In this document: in pieces, positions 45,142-57,075 of the stretch
Layout: each line of letters begins with the position of its first letter
Position numbering within the stretch: the first letter of the stretch is position 1
Assembly: GCA_002811645.1 (NCBI GenBank)
Contig: PDIP01000093.1
Span: 109,990-173,989 of the forward strand
Direction: 5' to 3'
DNA from: Corallochytrium limacisporum Hawaii
Taxonomy: Eukaryota > Protista > Pluriformea
Length of the DNA stretch: 64,000 nt
Notes under the pieces: model-generated
Told to the model about the DNA's origin: nothing
What the model saw: only the letters and a program-made list of their open reading frames with translations
Database searches by the model: none
Program-made: the position numbers and the translations under genes

Positions 45142-48100
45142 CGGCGGACCCAGTGGGCAGCCATTCGCACCTACCTTCTCCCCCCTCCCCTTTCCCCCGG
45201 GGCCCCCTTTGGGACACTACGGCAAGAAAGACCCGCCTGAAAGAGAGGAAATTGAGGGCGGGGGAGCGGGAGGGGGGAAGGGCGACCGTGGCAGACTCAA
45301 AAAAAAATGGCTAAACAGTTTCTGGGGAGAAAAAGGAAATATATACTGAAACTGTTGTATTGTGTGGGTTATTGTATCCTCTCTCTCCGAAATCGGTAAA
45401 AGCTTAACAGTCGCCGAAACCAAGGACAATTCTTCTTTTTTAGCTTTGCAAGGGCTCTTCTCGCTTTGCTCTCCGTGTGTCAGTGCGGCAAGAGAAAGGT
45501 TAGTGAATCTTCGCAGAGATTTGCACTCATTAACAGAGGTATAGTTTTCTTCGCTGCCCGCCGCCCCGGTTTTTTTTTTTTTCGTCATCCGCTCTCCTCA
45601 CGGCTACCACTAAAGATTGTTCAGTTAGGAACGGGGAGCACGTTCACCCGCCCTCCGGCCTACAAAAACAACGAACAAAAAACAATGGAACAGACCTAAT
45701 TCTTATACTTTTATTGCATGGGCCCGCCTCGTCAGAGTCACAAAATAAACCCTCGCAAGCGCTCCTTCCCCACGGATGTCATCGGTACGTTAATTCTATG
45801 TCCCTGTCTTCATGAGCTTACGTTCTGCTGCTGCACTGCGTACGTGAGCAAGGACCAGCTACGAACGAACCAAGCAAAGCTTCTTGGTAACACACCGACC
45901 CAGCAGCTGATTAACGGCCACTCCCCGGGAGCAACGACGACCAAGAGGAAGAACGGGCCGTGCCTGGTAAGATACTTAAAGGATAAGGAAAGTGGTAGTT
46001 TTCTCCATTTACGGACTATTGGCGGCAATGCTCAGGTGGGAGGAGGTGTGCCAAGTTGGTGTCTCCTAACTTGCAGTTGTACCTGTCCTGCCCCACTGTC
46101 CCAAATGTCGCCAGGGGTTGCCAAAACGGTCCCCCCCCCGCGGGGACTCTCTTCCTCTCTCCCCGACTCGGCAAAAGGCGGTAATCTTGGTAATGGCCAA
46201 AGCAAGAAAAAAAAGGAAAAAGATTAAAAAAAACATTGACGGCACAATCTTCTCTACGTATCTCAGATCCGAATGATAGCTCAGCACGCCCCGCTGTGCT
46301 GTTCTATCTTTGTATTTGATTCTTTTCCTGATATTTCCACCCTTTTTTGCTACTACTACTACCAAGAATTGACGACACCTTCTTCCTTTGTGTCGCTTTA
46401 TCTGGTGGTGGAGAAAAATTGGTAAAAGGAAAAAAATATCTCCTGTCTTGCTTGGCCCGTTCGCTTGTCACCTCTTGGCCGCCCCGGGGCCGCCGTATTT
46501 CTAGCCGACGCATGCGCGCGGGGCCTTGCGCACGCACACACACACAGACATAGCTCGCTCTCCTCTCTCGCTTCCGGAGCACCACACAACCTTCACGGCC
46601 GCCAGCGCAGGGGCCAAGTGTAGTGGTGGGCGGCGGAGAGGGTAAGGAGCGGGGGATGGAGATCGAGTAAGAGCGGGGAGTTGGTTTTGGTGGAGAAACC
46701 CTCCTTGTGACCGTTGTGGGGTGAGCCGACGCGGCCAGGGGAATTTTGGTACGACCGGCCTTCCCAACTGTGAAAGCCTATGAGTTGTCCGTATATTAAA
46801 ATACTGCCTTACGTAGGGCCTGTGAAGGAGGATTATGTATGTGTAATAAAATACTGCTCGTCGCGTGTGTGTGTGTGTGTGTACAATGCTCCTCCACCCA
46901 GCAGGCCCCCCTCCCCCACGGTTGTGTTGCGCTTTACAGTCTTTCCCATGTGGCCAGTGCATTGAGGGTTTTCAGAAGTCGCAACAGAGTGATGGATGAT
47001 GATATCAAGCTTTCTCGACACAAGAAAAAGAAAAAAGCGGGGTGAAAGGGGATGAGAAAATGACTACCATATGATTTTCAACTGTCACAGTTTCCGCAGA
47101 AGTTTCCGAGGTGCAGTAGATCTCTCCGGAGTGCTGCTGCACCAAAGGAGAAAAAAAAATAACTTCCTGTGCCAATCGAAAATGTATAGAATAGAACTAG
47201 TTGACGGGCAATTATTTAAAGCCCTGGAACACGATAATGAAACAATGAATTTTCATTGTGGTTTTTTCAAGGTTGTCCTGGCCCACCTTGGAAATAAAAC
47301 CCTACTGTGTCAGCACTAGAAAACCTACGAACGGAAGCGTCATCTCTCGTCCTGTTGCCCCGGGCAAGGCCTTGCCCCCCCCCCCCCTTCACCCTTTGTG
47401 TTCTCCTATGGTACCATAGAGCGCGAGCACAAAAAAAAGCCAACGCGCTCTGTTCTGTCCCGAACCGAACCGACACGGGCCGCGCACAGCCAAAAGTAAA
47501 CCGGCTCCGTCCTTTTTGGTAGTTGCCCGAATATCACTTCTTTCTGTCATTTCCGTGAAGCCGGCAACCAAAAGGTCGGAGGGCGAAACACGACCCAAAG
47601 AAGAAAAAAACCTGGTGGCGAACGGTAGGTCTGCGTACCTTACGAAATGGCCCCGATAGTCTAGCGGCGGCGGATGGACGTCGCAAAAAAGGGTAGGAAA
47701 ATATGTATAGATTAAATACCGGAAAAATGTTGGGGAAGGAAGGAAAAAAAGGGAACAAGTCAGGTGTTTTCATAGTGAATGAACTGGGGCCTTTGGCCAA
47801 CTGAGTTGGACCGGGAAGAAAAGATATGAGTCGTCCGGGGGTGTCACTAATTTCCCCTTCGTCCCCCGTTCGGAGCTCTAATCCAATTTAACGATACGGA
47901 GTTAAGGTATCAGTTTTTGAGGTCAGAAAGGGACAGCTGGATCCGCGATATTGTTTTGGCGCACTGGAAAGCCGGGGACCCTCACCGGAGGGGGGGTTCA
48001 AGGGGGGTTGGCTGCGTGCCTCTGCGGGCTGTTGGTTGTGCGATGCCGGTGTGTGTCCCTCAGTGTGTATGACTCCTGCTATTTGACGCTCACTTACAGT

Positions 48101-48267
48101 GGATAAAAGCTATGAGTCCTTTCACATGGAGAAAAGAAGATAGTCAGTGAAAGTGCGTAAGGTCTGTGATCATCGAAAGCAAATAGAACGAGGGGAACTG
48201 GCGCGGAGTCATGTGAGCAGAACTGAAATATTGCTAACAATAAATTTGCAAGCACAACCAATTAATC

Positions 48268-49518
48268 ATGGAACCGGAACTTGCATGGACATCATTGCGT
48301 CCTGACGAAATCAGTGTCGTCAACAACAAACTGGCTGACATGCGCCAGAAGTTGGCCAATCTTTTGGAGACTATTACCGCCCTCCGTCACCGGACAGCCT
48401 TCACGCGCCAGGGCCTAGATGATCCCTCCATACGCGGACAGAGTTTGCTTTGGGACGAAACGAGTGAGTTTTTTGAAAATCTTACTCCACAATTGGACCG
48501 TATCTTAGCAGACATGATGAAGGATTCCAATGTCACGAACTTTTCGGTGTTCACTGACCTGAGTGTGTTGCCCTATAATATGAAGGAACTCCAACCCTCC
48601 ATGCTCTACAATATTATTATGCGCACCCGTAACCTGCCTGAAGTAGAGGAATGGGAACAAGAACTAGAGGCTAAGATGTCCAAAGAAAGTATTGACGAAG
48701 TTCTGGTGCGGATAGATAAACACAACAGCATCGTCACGTCCCTTCTGGAATATATGAGTCGGGAGCAGGAACCGATTAAGGAACTCATTGGCAAGAAAGG
48801 ATCTGAACAGGGTGGCACCGCCACCAAGGGCTCTGGAGGGGCTGAAACCATCCCAGACTCCGTACTGCGCAGCCTGGCCATGGCGGCAGCACACCACCGA
48901 CCGCAAGAAACCTCTGCAGACGGAGCGAAGCAGTCCAAAGAAGAGGTACACGCTGCGCTCAAGCGAAAGGCGCAGGAGGAGAAGGCGGCTGCTGCTGCCA
49001 TCCCAGCCATGGCAAAGAACCAATTCGGGCGTCCGAAGCGATTGAAAATGCTTGTCGACGAGGCGAGTCGCGAAGTGACGGAAGAATCCAAGAAAGGAAA
49101 TGATTTCAGCGCTGCGGCCGGTGCGGAGCCCAAAAGGACGACAACTACGACGCATGTCGAACCGATCGACCCGGAACTGCTTCCCAAACTGCCCAGCAAG
49201 GAACCTGACGGAGGTTACGGCGGTGATGCGGTCAAGCACCCGTCAGCTGCCATGAAGTACTTGTACCGTGGTGGCCACCTCATGTTCACACTGGAGAACT
49301 TAAGCAAAATGCACGAGCGCCTGACAAACCCTGCAGCAGACTCCGCAACCGGGGCAGAAGCGAAAGACAAGGGAGCCAACAGCGGTGGCTCCGGAGCGGA
49401 GGAAGGCAGCGGTGGTGAGACCGAGGACGCCAGGGATGATAGTAATGGTCTCATGGTACCGGATGCTGGCGGTGACGGTGACAGTGAAAATGCCAAGAGC
49501 CCAGTGGTCATTGACTGA
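48268..49518 (+). CDS. MED8: Mediator subunit 8-like protein
   Basis: N-terminal helices (MRQKLANL...W...QL) and IMRTRNLPEVEEWE, which resembles the Med8 LR[TK]KxxPEV[DE]E signature. A later MKYLYRG helix resembles the Med8 C-terminal Med18-binding segment; there are long low-complexity insertions. Confidence 0.75.
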   Translation: MEPELAWTSLRPDEISVVNNKLADMRQKLANLLETITALRHRTAFTRQGLDDPSIRGQSLLWDETSEFFENLTPQLDRILADMMKDSNVTNFSVFTDLSVLPYNMKELQPSMLYNIIMRTRNLPEVEEWEQELEAKMSKESIDEVLVRIDKHNSIVTSLLEYMSREQEPIKELIGKKGSEQGGTATKGSGGAETIPDSVLRSLAMAAAHHRPQETSADGAKQSKEEVHAALKRKAQEEKAAAAAIPAMAKNQFGRPKRLKMLVDEASREVTEESKKGNDFSAAAGAEPKRTTTTTHVEPIDPELLPKLPSKEPDGGYGGDAVKHPSAAMKYLYRGGHLMFTLENLSKMHERLTNPAADSATGAEAKDKGANSGGSGAEEGSGGETEDARDDSNGLMVPDAGGDGDSENAKSPVVID

Positions 49519-49639
49519 GTGTTATTAGATTGTGCGAAATCTGTCCATGTCGTTTGTATTGTTACAGGATGTGATAATGTTCATGGTGAGCTATGTTGTA
49601 TGACTTATAAACATGATTATGCGTCTAGTACATTCACTA

Positions 49640-50224
49640 TCATGGCTGTTCCCCCGAAGAGGGCACAGAGTCCATCATGATCTCTTCCATATGACTGGAT
49701 GTAAATGAAGCCATACTGATAATATCGTCCAGGTCCGCATCCATGGACTCAACGGGGTGCCGATCATCAAAGTCAGCCGATGCCACCCGTTCCGCTTCAT
49801 TCATGCCCAAATAGTGGTCACTACGTCCACCACATGCTTCATTCTGTTCGTCTCCGCACGTCGATGATGCCTCGTCATCCTCTGACTCATTGACATAAGT
49901 TGGAGGCTCCACGTTGTGCCCGCACTCCGGGCATTTTGGGCAGGCAAGTATAAGATCCATACAGTCTCGTCCTGAGAATACCACCTTTGCTTCCTCGAAG
50001 TCAGCACTGTCCTCTATGTTGATGACAGACCCTTCCTCGTCAATGTAGGAGAGGGTCAGATCGTTGGCAGTTAGCAGCGACAGGTCCATGTCCAGTGTCG
50101 ATGCGAGCACTACCTTGAAGAATGTCACCTCTGCGCTACAGTACGGAGATCGAACTGGCAGACGCTCTTCAAATTCAGTTTTCACGACTCGACCGCCATG
50201 GACAACACGTATTAAAACCGCCAT
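49640..50224 (-). CDS. Small PB1-domain protein with a CxxCxxC motif and an acidic tail
   Basis: LSYIDEEGSVINIEDSADFEEA matches the PB1 OPCA motif. Start placed at MAVLIR, the first beta strand of the PB1 fold; upstream in-frame ATGs exist at 50368 and 50455. Confidence 0.7.
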   Translation of the reverse strand: MAVLIRVVHGGRVVKTEFEERLPVRSPYCSAEVTFFKVVLASTLDMDLSLLTANDLTLSYIDEEGSVINIEDSADFEEAKVVFSGRDCMDLILACPKCPECGHNVEPPTYVNESEDDEASSTCGDEQNEACGGRSDHYLGMNEAERVASADFDDRHPVESMDADLDDIISMASFTSSHMEEIMMDSVPSSGEQP

Positions 50225-50509
50225 GATTTGCTTATATTCTGTAATTGGACTCTCGACGCCAGGGTCCCTTGAGCCGCTCCCGTCGACGGAGTAGATGCTA
50301 CGCCAGCAGACAATCAAATCTGCTGCAAAGTCCTGAGAGTCTATGTACTTGTGATCTGAAGTATCCATACAGACACCTGAGATAATGCATCTGATGTGCA
50401 ATGAGTGGCCCGTTGTAATCTGTGAATCCACAGCCACAGTTGCCCGAGTCCACATTTCGAGCTGAAGAATCCGTATATACTTGACCTGTGTTGCGTGTGC
50501 AGGGCGGGT

Positions 50510-50527
50510 CCCCCCCCCGGGGGGGGG
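50510..50527. promoter_or_regulatory. Perfect C9G9 palindrome, 286 bp upstream of the PB1 gene ATG
   Basis: Directly visible, with TGCAGGG...CCCTGCA inverted arms around it. Confidence 0.45.
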
Positions 50528-51082
50528 TTTGCAGCCCACCCCCCCCCTGCAAATCGCACCCGGAAAAAAACCCCCCCTCTTTTCCAGCCACTACTCCCGT
50601 GACCGCTTGGCATTTTTTATAAAACACCAGTATATGAATATACATATATTTTCAAATAATATACTCATATTTTAAAAAAGTAAGTATATATAATGGACCG
50701 GTCCGCAAACCAACCGGGTTTTGTCATCTCTCCAAACTCTGAACGCAAGCGCGCCGCTGCTGCCTCTCGCGGTAGAGACCCAAAACTTTCGGGCAGGGAG
50801 GAGTGGTGATCTGGCAGGGCAACGGGCCAGCGGGTATTGATGTCAGCAGAAGTCCAGAGAGCCACCAAAACCGACTCCCCCCCTCCCTCCCTCTTCCCGT
50901 CTGAGGCAGATTCGGTACTGAAAGTATTACAGATTTCTGGGCCGGCGGGCCATTTGCCGTCCCGTCCCTGGGCGGATTGTGGCGGCGCGTTGGTGTTGCT
51001 GCGAGCAGAGAGGGAGGGCCGTGTGTGTGTGTGTCTCTGTGGCTGGGCTGTTGAGTGCCCAAAACAGAACCAGCCTGCCCCC

Positions 51083-51278
51083 NNNNNNNNNNNNNNNNNN
51101 NNNNNNNNNNNNNNNNNNNNNNNNNNNNNNNNNNNNNNNNNNNNNNNNNNNNNNNNNNNNNNNNNNNNNNNNNNNNNNNNNNNNNNNNNNNNNNNNNNNN
51201 NNNNNNNNNNNNNNNNNNNNNNNNNNNNNNNNNNNNNNNNNNNNNNNNNNNNNNNNNNNNNNNNNNNNNNNNNNNNNN
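51083..51278. other. Assembly gap
   Basis: N run that begins after a C tract. Confidence 1.
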
Positions 51279-52155
51279 GAAACCGGGAGCTAAGGGAAGA
51301 GCGGGAGGGGGGGGGGGGCGCGCCTAAATTTCTTCGTTGTCACCCCACCCACCTCCCTTCCCTCTTTTTTTTTTATTGCTCCGTCTTGCACCGGGGCGTG
51401 TGTTTCTCTTTTTGTTCGGGGTGAGGTAAAAGTGGCGCTGGCGCTGACAACAAAGGAAAAATCGCTGCGGTCGCGCCGGTAGTTGTGCTGGTTGCTGCTT
51501 TTGCTTTTTTCGCTGGTCTGGCAGGGCGTGTGCGTGTGTGTGTGTGTGTGTTATGGTCTCTTGCCTCCAAGCCCTCCCTTCCTAAAATCTTAACCGAAAA
51601 TATCGATTATCGACCCCGGTCGGTTTCGTGTTGTGTTGCTGCTTCCTTCCCCGTTGTCTGTAGGGATGGATTGGGGTTTGTCCCGTGCAGTGAAGGGCCG
51701 GCCGTTGGTGTTGGGAAGCGCAGAGGAACAGCATTTCATGGTTGTTCGATGGCTTTTTTCTTGGCGCTGGGTGAAAGAGTCGGATTTTTGCCTGCGTCGG
51801 CGAGTAGCCATAGCGTTGGGATGATCTTCCTTAGTTGTTCTTCCCAGATATCACTGGAGAGATGAACCACCGCCTTGAAAAATTAGCTGTTAGAACAACG
51901 GAGCTAGGTGTTATGGAATGTACTTGAAAGCTGCCGATCACCAAGGGGTTTCTCCAACACCTCATCACTGTGGCAACGTTTGAACCGAGAAAGCAAAACT
52001 TAAAGAATATGAAGTAAATCAATAGTTGTTGCACGGGTAGTACGTAGATTCGAGACAAATAGTATAAATTTGAATCTCTAGCAGTCAGTAAAAAAAGACT
52101 GGGATAGGTAATAGTTGCTAATCTTTGAAAGGGAAAACAATACACACCCCGCACT

Positions 52156-54333
52156 ATGTTCTGGAATGTGGGCTTGTACTCCCAGTCCACATTGGACCAG
52201 TTGTTTGAAAAGGGAGATTTTACATTGGAAGAAGTATTGGAGGATCCTGACGTCCTACAGGAAGTGAAAAGCCACTCAAAAAAGATAATTGACTATGTCA
52301 CAGCTCCTGATAAAATGGAGCGCCTGATCCAGTACGCCACGGAAGTGCCGATGAACAAGGACGCGTTGGAATCGGATGGGTTCAAGTATGCTCACGTATC
52401 AGCAGAAATCTTAGCCTCGGAAGTATGGGCCGTGTGTGAAGCACTGACCAGTGATGAGAATCTGTTGACCCTACTATTCTTTGTACTGGAGAACGATCCC
52501 CCTCTGAACCCCCTGACCGCGTCCTACTTTGCCAAAATTGTATCTGTCCTTCTGACGAAGAACAGCAGCAAAATGATTGCCTACATTCGGAGACGACCGG
52601 GGAACTTTATCAAGGAATTGACAAAGCACCTGGACTGTAGTGCCATGAAGGACGTAGTGATCAAACTCTATCAGTCCATCCGGGCCCGGGAAGATCCCGA
52701 GAAGACAGAACTGCTGCAGTGGCTGGACAGCAAAGGGCTGGTCGAGGAGCTCATGTTCATGCCCAAGACAACAAGTGCACGGGCACAAGCACATGCAGCA
52801 ACCACCTTGATGGAGCTGATCTCGGAGGGACGGAGTACGGAGACAATGCACGGCGCAGAGGAGGACCCGGAGGCCATTAAACCGGACCTGATCATGCAGA
52901 AATTGGAAGACGCAGATCTACTGAGCAAGTATATTGCCAGCCTTTTCGAAGATGGAGCCGATCAGAACAAAACGGTGGACGGCTTGGAGGTGCTGCAGGC
53001 TCTGCTTGGCAGTGAGCGTGAAGGTATCACCATGAGCGCCGGACCCATCGGCATCGGTGGCATCCTCATCGGCGGTGGCGAAGACCTGGGATCAGAGGGC
53101 TCTGTCACGGGTGCTATGGCAGAGATGCGCAAGGAACGCAGCAAGAAGGCGCTGCAGAGCATGCTCCCTCACTTTCCACAATTTGCGGCGCAGCTTGACA
53201 AGGAGCCTGATTTCACCTTTGTGTCCACCGCCGGTGAGATGAAGCCACCGTTGGGTCTGGTGCGTCTGCGAGTGGTGCACTTGGTCGTATTGATGTGTAA
53301 AGCGGATCTAGAGGCCATGGCACAACCCATGTTGGAGACAGGAGGTCTGGACAAGATCCTGGACCTCTTCTTCAAGTACCAGTGGAACAGCTTTCTGCAC
53401 AAGCACGTCAACGAGCTGGTAGAGATCACCGTGGAGTACCTGACCGGGGAGAACGCGCCAACCGAGAAGAATGACGTACACAAGCTCTTTGCAGATGACC
53501 TTTTGACCAAACTCCAGCTACCGAAGAGGGTCATGGACACTGTCAGGCAGCATCCCTTCGAGGGTAAGACACTGCACCCAGGCCACACAGGACATTTGCA
53601 CCTCATCGGTCTGCACCTCAATGACGCCTACACAAGCGAAAAGGTCACCAAGCTCATTGACTTCAGTGCCAGTGAGGAACTAAAACCAGCAGACTGGGAC
53701 AAGTTTGTGGAGGACGAGTTGGATCCCTGGCGAAACATGCGCGACCGCGCGCTGGGTGGAATACGACCACGTACTTCGCTCGAAGAGGATTCCTTCGGCA
53801 GTGGCACGGCCGTCGATGCTCTGGTCGCCAGCGCAAGCGCGGATGAGGCACTGATGCGCCAGGTCTACGCCAAATATCTGGGAGCGGTCCCTGCGGACAC
53901 AGCCGCTGATCTCATCGTTGACGAAGCGGAAATTGCTGGCGGTGGCCGCACTGCCGATGACATGGGCGATGAAACGAAAAACCCGGGCCTGCAGGCACCA
54001 CCAGCGACTCCGGTACCTGGCCAAGAGGCACACACAAAGACCCCGGACAACACTCCCATTGTCGACCTCAGCGATGCCTTCGCCAAGACATCGCTCCAGG
54101 ACAGCAGCAACAAACCTTCCGCGCCGCTGGAGCCGCCGACGTCCATAGAAGGAGAGCTGTCGAAGGGATCCATCCCCCCTACTCCACCTCCTACGCCTGC
54201 CTTTGGCCAGGATCCTGCAGGAGCCCATCCGCCGCCCACGCAGGAAGACTTTGCAAACTTTGACGAGGCGTTCGGAGGATCTGCATCGTCAAAACCGGCT
54301 CAGAACGACGACGATGATGAGGACGAGTGGTAG
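52156..54333 (+). CDS. Protein phosphatase 6 regulatory subunit (SAPS/SIT4-associated family)
   Basis: MFW N-terminus, TLEEVLEDPDVLQE, FKYAHVSAEIL, LNPLTASYFAK, PPLGLVRL, LDLFFKYQWNSFLH and GHTGHL. Confidence 0.93.
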   Translation: MFWNVGLYSQSTLDQLFEKGDFTLEEVLEDPDVLQEVKSHSKKIIDYVTAPDKMERLIQYATEVPMNKDALESDGFKYAHVSAEILASEVWAVCEALTSDENLLTLLFFVLENDPPLNPLTASYFAKIVSVLLTKNSSKMIAYIRRRPGNFIKELTKHLDCSAMKDVVIKLYQSIRAREDPEKTELLQWLDSKGLVEELMFMPKTTSARAQAHAATTLMELISEGRSTETMHGAEEDPEAIKPDLIMQKLEDADLLSKYIASLFEDGADQNKTVDGLEVLQALLGSEREGITMSAGPIGIGGILIGGGEDLGSEGSVTGAMAEMRKERSKKALQSMLPHFPQFAAQLDKEPDFTFVSTAGEMKPPLGLVRLRVVHLVVLMCKADLEAMAQPMLETGGLDKILDLFFKYQWNSFLHKHVNELVEITVEYLTGENAPTEKNDVHKLFADDLLTKLQLPKRVMDTVRQHPFEGKTLHPGHTGHLHLIGLHLNDAYTSEKVTKLIDFSASEELKPADWDKFVEDELDPWRNMRDRALGGIRPRTSLEEDSFGSGTAVDALVASASADEALMRQVYAKYLGAVPADTAADLIVDEAEIAGGGRTADDMGDETKNPGLQAPPATPVPGQEAHTKTPDNTPIVDLSDAFAKTSLQDSSNKPSAPLEPPTSIEGELSKGSIPPTPPPTPAFGQDPAGAHPPPTQEDFANFDEAFGGSASSKPAQNDDDDEDEW

Positions 54334-55779
54334 AATCCAACCTCAACACAAACTGCTCGCTTGCGAGATGCTTTAAGACATAGCCAAACATCTCCGCAGT
54401 TTTCACCACCCACCGCTGTTTAAGATGAATCCACTAATTAAAAAGAACCCAAAAAGAGATGTTTCAAAACCTGACTGTGTGCGTGCATGTAGTCGAGAAC
54501 GAGATGTACTACATTACGGCGCTTGACAGCCCCCTTCGTCCCAGGTACTCCCAATCCCCAGGCACTGAGCAGTGGTGGTGCTGGCATTCTCTTGCGCTTA
54601 CTCCCTCTGCCACTGCTGCCAACTCTCACCGGAAAATGGGATTCCAACTCTCGGGACCAGTCGGTACCTGATTCTGATGTTCCTGGGCCGTGTACAAAAT
54701 TCATATAATGCGCTGATTGTGTGTGCGTGTTTTATTCCCAACAGACCAATCGTCACACGCAATGCACACCCACCACGAAGTGTCCCGTCCTTGACATCAT
54801 CGCCAGCTGCCGCATCAAACCCATGGACCCAGCCACCAAGCCGACCAGCCCCAACCCACGGTACCTACACCGAATAGAAACCATGAAAACTCATAACAAC
54901 ACACGGCTCGTCTCCATCACAGAAGCAACCAACCACCAGAGAGCACAGAGCTCCTCCCCAATTCCACAGTCTGTATAATGATCTGGCCTCACGTCCAACA
55001 CTGGATGGCGCCGCCTCACAATCCCATGGCCAACGGACCCCCCGGGGGTGGGGGGCCGAACGGGTCGTAGTGGCAAGGCAGGCGGCCTTTTTGGAGTGCA
55101 AGAGCGTTTGACAAGAGAGGGGCCTATGGCCGACGGCCTCTCATTCGTCCTGGAACCGGACGCGTGGCGATGGAGGAGGATGAGGGGGGGGGGTCCCGGG
55201 TGTTGAGGCACTGTTCGGACCCAAGAATTCTGTCTCGTTCGTACCTTTTTTTTCTTGGTCGACAAAGTTTCTTCTTCCCAGTACTGAATGTACGGGTATA
55301 AACAAGGGATACGGATGCCGGGAAGAAAGGAGGAGGGGAGGGGGAGACGAGACAGACACGCGGGGGAAGGGGAAGGTTGCTATATCGTACCAACCGGTGA
55401 CGCGAGAGCAGCAAGACAGGGAGGCGATCGCGATCGCGCGCGAGGGAAGGGAGCGAAACAGAGACTGGACAAGACGACACACATACAAACCAACGGAGAG
55501 TTTGAAGGGGGATCAAGATACATACATTGACTATACTGTTTTGCCGTACTATCAAAACAACTTTACCAAACTAGGTGTCTATTTTTCCTTCTTTTCTTTT
55601 TTTAAGGGACGGAGTTTCGCGGTGTCTTGCTGGTCGGGGGCCTATTTATCTCCGTTTTTTTGTTGGGCTTTTGGTAGGGGCGACCCGGGGGGGGGGGGTT
55701 ATGGGAAAATAGCGGTGCGGTGGTTCTCGGTGTTCAGTGCCCCTGGTCTGCCCAAAAGGAAAAAAAGAATATCGCAAAG

Positions 55780-56829
55780 TGAGAGAGAGAGAGAGAGAGA
55801 GAGGGAGTCCGGAGTTGACGTTATGCCCTAGGGGGGCGCTGCCGTGTAAACAAATGAAAAATATTAAAATGCAAAAGCAAAAACACAAAAAAGTGAGAAT
55901 TTCTTAAATAGAAACACAGGCCAAAAAGTCTTTGGGGCGACGGCCCTCGGTGAGAAAAAAAAGGAAAGGAGAGTGAGTCGCCGCCGTTGGGGGGGGGGGT
56001 TNNNNNNNNNNNNNNNNNNNNNNNNNNNNNNNNNNNNNNNNNNNNNNNNNNNNNNNNNNNNNNNNNNNNNNNNNNNNNNNNNNNNNNNAAAAAGGAAAGG
56101 GGAGTGAGTCGCCGCCGTTGGGGGGGGGGGTTGGGTGGGGGAAGAGGGGAGCTTCGGTGCCGCTTTGCGCAGAGAGAAAACGCAGGTTTGGTTTTTTTTT
56201 TCCTTTTATTTCTCTTTTCCTTTTGCCGGGCAAATGACGGGCCCTCACAAAGTATCCCCCCCCCAAAAACCTAAAATTGCGCAAGACCACCAGGCCCCGG
56301 CGCGCGAGGGAAAGGCTTTCGTTGGCCGGTAGCTAACCGGCACCTCCACTACGTAATACACACACACACACACAACCAACCAATCCCCCCNNNNNNNNNN
56401 NNNNNNNNNNNNNNNNNNNNNNNNNNNNNNNNNNNNNNNNNNNNNNNNNNNNCCTCCCCTCCCCCCAACACACACACACGCGCTCTTTGTGTGTGTGTGT
56501 GTGTGTTGTGGGGGAGTCCAGAGCGAGGGTTTGTAAAAGGAGGGAAGTGAGAGAGAGAGAGCGCGCCCTGGGGGGGGAGGGAGGAAGGCGCGAATACACA
56601 ACCAAAATAACCGGGCCCACCGAAGTTAAGCGTAACAACGCAAAATGAGAGAGAGAGAGAAGAGAAGAACAAAACGGGGACACAAGGGAAAACATGGGGC
56701 TCCGGGTCTTCAGTAGAAAATGTACCGAAATCGCCCCGCGGGAAAAGGGAAAGGGAAGGCCGGCTGTGTTGAAACGAAATTAAAGAAAAAGTGAAAAAAG
56801 TGCCGAAGGAGTAAATAAAGAGCCGCCCA

Positions 56830-56860
<31 letters not shown>

Positions 56861-57075
56861 CGCCTTTTTTTTTTTCGACCGGTGCCAACCCTCGTCGGGG
56901 ACGAGACCCGCACTCTCCCTCATTTTTTTTTTTGTGTTTTTTTTTTGTTTTTTCGCGCGGACGGGCAGAGGGGCCCAGAGAGAGAGAGAGAGAGAGAGCA
57001 ACGTTTCGAAGTCGACGACACACACACACACACGCACGCACCGGTCACCCACACACAGACACACACACACACACA
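55780..57075. repeat. Cluster of (GA)n/(CT)n, (CA)n/(TG)n and homopolymer tracts with two assembly gaps (56002-56088, 56391-56452)
   Basis: Directly visible low-complexity region upstream of DLAT. Confidence 0.9.

Noticed and set aside
44951-45167. Direct repeat of (GA)n plus CGAGACGGCGGACCCAGTGGGCAGCCATTCGC on both sides of an N gap
   Set aside because: Most likely overlapping contig ends duplicated during scaffolding, not a real repeat or element.
55958-56132. Near-identical segment of about 43 nt on both sides of an N gap
   Set aside because: Same assembly-artefact pattern at a poly-G tract.
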